Positions 60,875 through 64,000 of a stretch of 64,000 bases of DNA are shown piece after piece. The notes below the pieces were generated by a model that saw only the letters and a list, made by a program, of their open reading frames with translations, was not told the DNA's origin and searched no databases. Source of the DNA: an uncultured Candidatus Berkelbacteria bacterium (GTDB lineage Bacteria; Patescibacteriota; UBA1384; UBA12157); assembly GCA_903877885.1 (NCBI GenBank), contig CAIRFN010000002.1, forward strand, positions 1,734 through 65,733, given 5' to 3'. Positions within the stretch are counted from its first letter, which is position 1, and each line of letters starts with the position of its first letter. The translations under genes were made by a program, and so were the position numbers.

Positions 60875-60952
60875 TTTTCTTTCCAAAATCAGGGGTTTTT
60901 GGTAAGATAGATTTAGATATACAAACGAAAAAATAGAACAGGAATCTTACAA

Positions 60953-61702
60953 ATGGAAGTCGACTTCATCAAGTTTTCAAATTTAAATGAATTTCCCGAA
61001 ATTGTCCAAGGAGTTTCTACTCGCGGTTTCGGTAATATGAAAATGTTAGTATCCGATTCAAAGGTGATCAAAAACCGCGAAAATTTTACCAAAGCTTTAG
61101 GTATTGATCTTGGTTCTGTGGTGGTAACGGAAAATGTTCATGGTAATAAGGTGGCGGTGGTTACAAAGGCTGACGCCGGTCGCGGCGCTTTTAATCACCT
61201 AGAATCAATTCAAGGTGTGGACGCTTTAATTACTAGAGATTCGAATGTGAATCTAATGGTTACCGTGGCTGATTGCTTGCCGGTTGTGGCTTATGATCCG
61301 ATTACCCGAACTATTGGTATCGCCCACGCTGGTTGGAAGGGGATTCTGGCTGGTGTCGGAACTGCCTTGGTTAATGAATTTAAAGCCATGGGATCGCGCC
61401 CAGATAATCTGGTGGTTGGTATCGGTCCGGGAATTTGCCAAAAACATTTTATTGTTAAAAACGATGTTTTAAGTAAGTTTAAAGATATTTATCCAAAGGC
61501 GACTTTTATTCGCAATAAAGACGGTTACGTTGATTTAAAAATTTGTTTAGCAGAACAATTGATGAAAGCCGGCGTGACTAAAAATAATTTAGAAGTAGCG
61601 GCTGAGTGTACGGTTTGTAATAATTATTATTTTGGTAGTTATCGAGTGGAAGGTGAGCACACGGTTTACCAGGCGGTGATTATCGGACTAAAAGAAAAAT
61701 AG
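60953..61702 (+). CDS. pgeF: YfiH/PgeF family (peptidoglycan editing factor, DUF152)
   Basis: TVADCLPVVAYD....IGIAHAGWKG. C-terminal CxxC. Confidence 0.8.
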   Translation: MEVDFIKFSNLNEFPEIVQGVSTRGFGNMKMLVSDSKVIKNRENFTKALGIDLGSVVVTENVHGNKVAVVTKADAGRGAFNHLESIQGVDALITRDSNVNLMVTVADCLPVVAYDPITRTIGIAHAGWKGILAGVGTALVNEFKAMGSRPDNLVVGIGPGICQKHFIVKNDVLSKFKDIYPKATFIRNKDGYVDLKICLAEQLMKAGVTKNNLEVAAECTVCNNYYFGSYRVEGEHTVYQAVIIGLKEK

Positions 61703-61711
61703 AGGAAAACC

Positions 61712-63103
61712 ATGGATATGATTAACAAAAAAATTGCCATTCTGGGTTTAGGTCAGGAAAATATTGCTCTAGTTCGATATTTAATAAAGATTGGCGCTAA
61801 CAATATTTGTATATGTGACAAAAAAGCCAAAGATGAATTTACTAATATCGATGATATTAAAAATGCGGTTTCTAAATGGCAATCTGGTTCAGATTATTTA
61901 AGCAATCTTCAAGATTTTGATTTGATTTTCCGTACCCCTGGCCTTCATTATTTAAGTCCGGAAATTCAATCCGCCAAAAACGCCGGAGCGGAAATTAGTT
62001 CTCAAACAAAATTATTTTTTGATTTATGTCCAGCTAAAATTATTGGTGTGACCGGCACAAAAGGTAAAGGTACGACATCAACATTAATTTATGATATCTT
62101 AAATCACGACCCCGTAAAATCTGACGATCACGGGGCAAGCAACGGACAACAAATCTATCTTGCTGGCAATATTGGTAAAGCGCCAATTGAATTTATCAAT
62201 GAACTAAAATCTGAAGATATCGTAGTTCTGGAGTTATCTAGTTTTCAATTGCAAGATATGGAAAAGTCGCCGCAGATTAGTGTGGTTCTAAATGTGACTG
62301 AAGATCATCTGGATGTGCACCATAATCGCGCTGAATATATTGAAGCTAAAAAGAATATTGTTAGACATCAAACAAAGAGTGATTTTTCTGTGATTAATGC
62401 CGATTATATGACTAGTATCGAATTTGCCTTAGAAACAAAAGCTCAAGTTTTTTGGTTTTCGCGCCAGAAAAGTATTGATCAAGGTGTTTGGGTTAAAAAT
62501 AAATCAGAGATTGTCTTGCAAACAAATAGTGTTGAACAAAAAATTATCGATGTTAAAGATATTGTTTTACGCGGCGAGCATAACTGGGAAAATATTTGCG
62601 CCGCGGCACTTGCTTCTTATCTAGCTGGCGCTCAAATCAATGTAATCGCTCAAACGATAAAAGAATTTAAAGGATTAGAACATCGTTTGGAATTAGTTCG
62701 TGAATTAAATGGTGTTAAATTTTATAATGATTCATTTTCGACTAATCCAGACACAACGATCGCGGCAATTAAATCTTTTACAGAACCAATTATCTTAATT
62801 GTCGGTGGTTCGGAAAAAAATGCTGACTACCAAGCCGTCGGACGTGAGCTAAGTAAATCTTCGGTTAAAACTGTGATAGCCATCGGTGTGACTGGGCCAA
62901 GAATTGTGACGCAAATAACAAGTCCTGATATCGAAATAATATCAGACTGCAAAAATATTGAAGAAGTTGTTAAAACTGCCTTTGAAAAAGCCAAACCAGG
63001 TGATATAGTTTTACTTTCACCAGCTTCCGCCAGCTTCGGTTGGTTTGCTAATTACAAAGAACGTGGTCAGAAATTTAAGGAACAAGTCAACTCGCTTAAA
63101 TGA
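61712..63103 (+). CDS. murD: UDP-N-acetylmuramoylalanine--D-glutamate ligase
   Basis: IIGVTGTKGKGTTSTL P-loop and NDSFSTNPDTT. N-terminal Rossmann GLGQENIAL. Confidence 0.9.
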   Translation: MDMINKKIAILGLGQENIALVRYLIKIGANNICICDKKAKDEFTNIDDIKNAVSKWQSGSDYLSNLQDFDLIFRTPGLHYLSPEIQSAKNAGAEISSQTKLFFDLCPAKIIGVTGTKGKGTTSTLIYDILNHDPVKSDDHGASNGQQIYLAGNIGKAPIEFINELKSEDIVVLELSSFQLQDMEKSPQISVVLNVTEDHLDVHHNRAEYIEAKKNIVRHQTKSDFSVINADYMTSIEFALETKAQVFWFSRQKSIDQGVWVKNKSEIVLQTNSVEQKIIDVKDIVLRGEHNWENICAAALASYLAGAQINVIAQTIKEFKGLEHRLELVRELNGVKFYNDSFSTNPDTTIAAIKSFTEPIILIVGGSEKNADYQAVGRELSKSSVKTVIAIGVTGPRIVTQITSPDIEIISDCKNIEEVVKTAFEKAKPGDIVLLSPASASFGWFANYKERGQKFKEQVNSLK

Positions 63104-64000
63104 AAAGATTCATTGAGAAAAAAAAGCCGGATTACCTTTTTGCAATTGTAATTTTTCTATTGATTCTTTTTGGTATTATTATGATTTCATCAAGTTCGAT
63201 TGTAATTTCCATGGAGCACACGGGCAAAAATTATACCTATGTCTTAAGACAAATCGAATCGTTGTTTTTTGGGCTTATAGCTATGTTTGCTGCTTATAGT
63301 ATCGACTACCGGTTTTGGAAAAAAAATTCTTTATGGATGTTGATTGTGACTTTACTATTATTAATTTTAGTTTTTATTCCTGGTATTGGTAAATCAGCCG
63401 GCGGCGCTCATCGTTGGATTGGTATCGGTAACCAATGGTTTCAACCTTCGGAATTAATTAAATTAACTTTTATTATTTATCTAGCTGCTTGGCTCGACAA
63501 TATGGGCGAGAAAGTTAAGAGTTTTTGGCAAGGCTTTATTCCTTTTGCTGTCTTAATTGGCATTATCGGTGCTCTAATAATGTTACAGCCAGATTTGGGG
63601 ACTTTCACTGTTATTCTGCTTAGCGCTATTACAGTTTTCTTTGTATCTGGCGCCGATTTAACGCATATGGCAATTGGTGCTGGTGGTATGGCGGCGTTAC
63701 TTTTTCTTTTGATTAAAATTTCGCCTTATCGTCAGCAACGACTTTTGGTTTTTTTAAATCCTTCGGTTGATGCGCAAGGTGCGGCTTACCATATTAATCA
63801 AGCTCTTTTGGCTATTGGCGCCGGTGGTTGGTGGGGTTTGGGTTTTGGTCAATCGCGTCAAAAATATTTATATTTACCAGAAGCACATACCGATTCAATT
63901 TTTGCGATTATTGCCGAGGAACTTGGCTTTGTCCGTTCGGGAATCGTCGTTATTGCATATTTATTTATTGCTTATTTAGGTCTGCGAATTGCTAGAAACG
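63100..64000 (+). CDS. ftsW: SEDS-family cell division protein FtsW (3' end outside window)
   Basis: ATG overlaps the murD stop (ATGA). Multi-TM. Open to the window end. Not listed in the ORF track because it lacks a stop. Confidence 0.75.
   Translation, partial: MKRFIEKKKPDYLFAIVIFLLILFGIIMISSSSIVISMEHTGKNYTYVLRQIESLFFGLIAMFAAYSIDYRFWKKNSLWMLIVTLLLLILVFIPGIGKSAGGAHRWIGIGNQWFQPSELIKLTFIIYLAAWLDNMGEKVKSFWQGFIPFAVLIGIIGALIMLQPDLGTFTVILLSAITVFFVSGADLTHMAIGAGGMAALLFLLIKISPYRQQRLLVFLNPSVDAQGAAYHINQALLAIGAGGWWGLGFGQSRQKYLYLPEAHTDSIFAIIAEELGFVRSGIVVIAYLFIAYLGLRIARN

Overview
This 64-kb window looks like a small, AT-rich, densely coded bacterial genome, most consistent with a Candidate Phyla Radiation (Patescibacteria) lineage. 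I cannot run a 16S comparison to confirm that. The standard genetic code is in use: several genes end in TGA, including ATGA stop/start overlaps at 19247/19250 and 20413/20416.

Housekeeping content:
- A partial pgk at the 5' end, tig-clpP, yvcK-glmS, mutM, a GlmU-like nucleotidyltransferase, recO, alr, glyQS, a CDGSH Fe-S protein and a membrane-anchored Clp/Hsp100 ATPase.
- A dcw-type cell-wall cluster running off the 3' end: mraZ-rsmH-ftsL-ftsI-murF-mraY-hyp-pgeF-murD-ftsW (ftsW partial).

Most striking features:
1. The rRNA genes are unlinked. 16S (7135-8590) has its own promoter, a 13-bp processing stem and a terminator. 23S-5S (27180-31893) has its own promoter and processing stem. They are separated by 18.6 kb of protein-coding DNA that still carries tRNA-Ile(GAU) and tRNA-Ala(UGC) in the canonical spacer order.
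2. The 23S gene is interrupted by two group-I-like introns, each encoding a LAGLIDADG homing endonuclease.
3. A MITE-like structured repeat of about 90-110 bp (TGTCATTC...GGATTCCAGATCC...GGTCTGGAATGACA) occurs six times. Every copy is in the same orientation and sits immediately upstream of the start of a plus-strand gene.
4. Just downstream of 16S there is an array of small Cys/His-rich genes. Each is preceded by the same terminator-hairpin/T-run/leader/GGAGG cassette, and the whole array sits behind a roughly 400-nt non-coding leader.
5. Smaller oddities: a flippase-like/GT4/PIG-L(LmbE)-deacetylase glycoconjugate operon; an archaeal-type endonuclease Q homologue; an in-frame TGA followed by 71 open codons in the hypothetical gene at 37766; a 14-bp perfect hairpin element inserted in-frame in alr; and a 24-bp direct repeat flanking one gene.

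No CRISPR array, transposase or integrase was seen.
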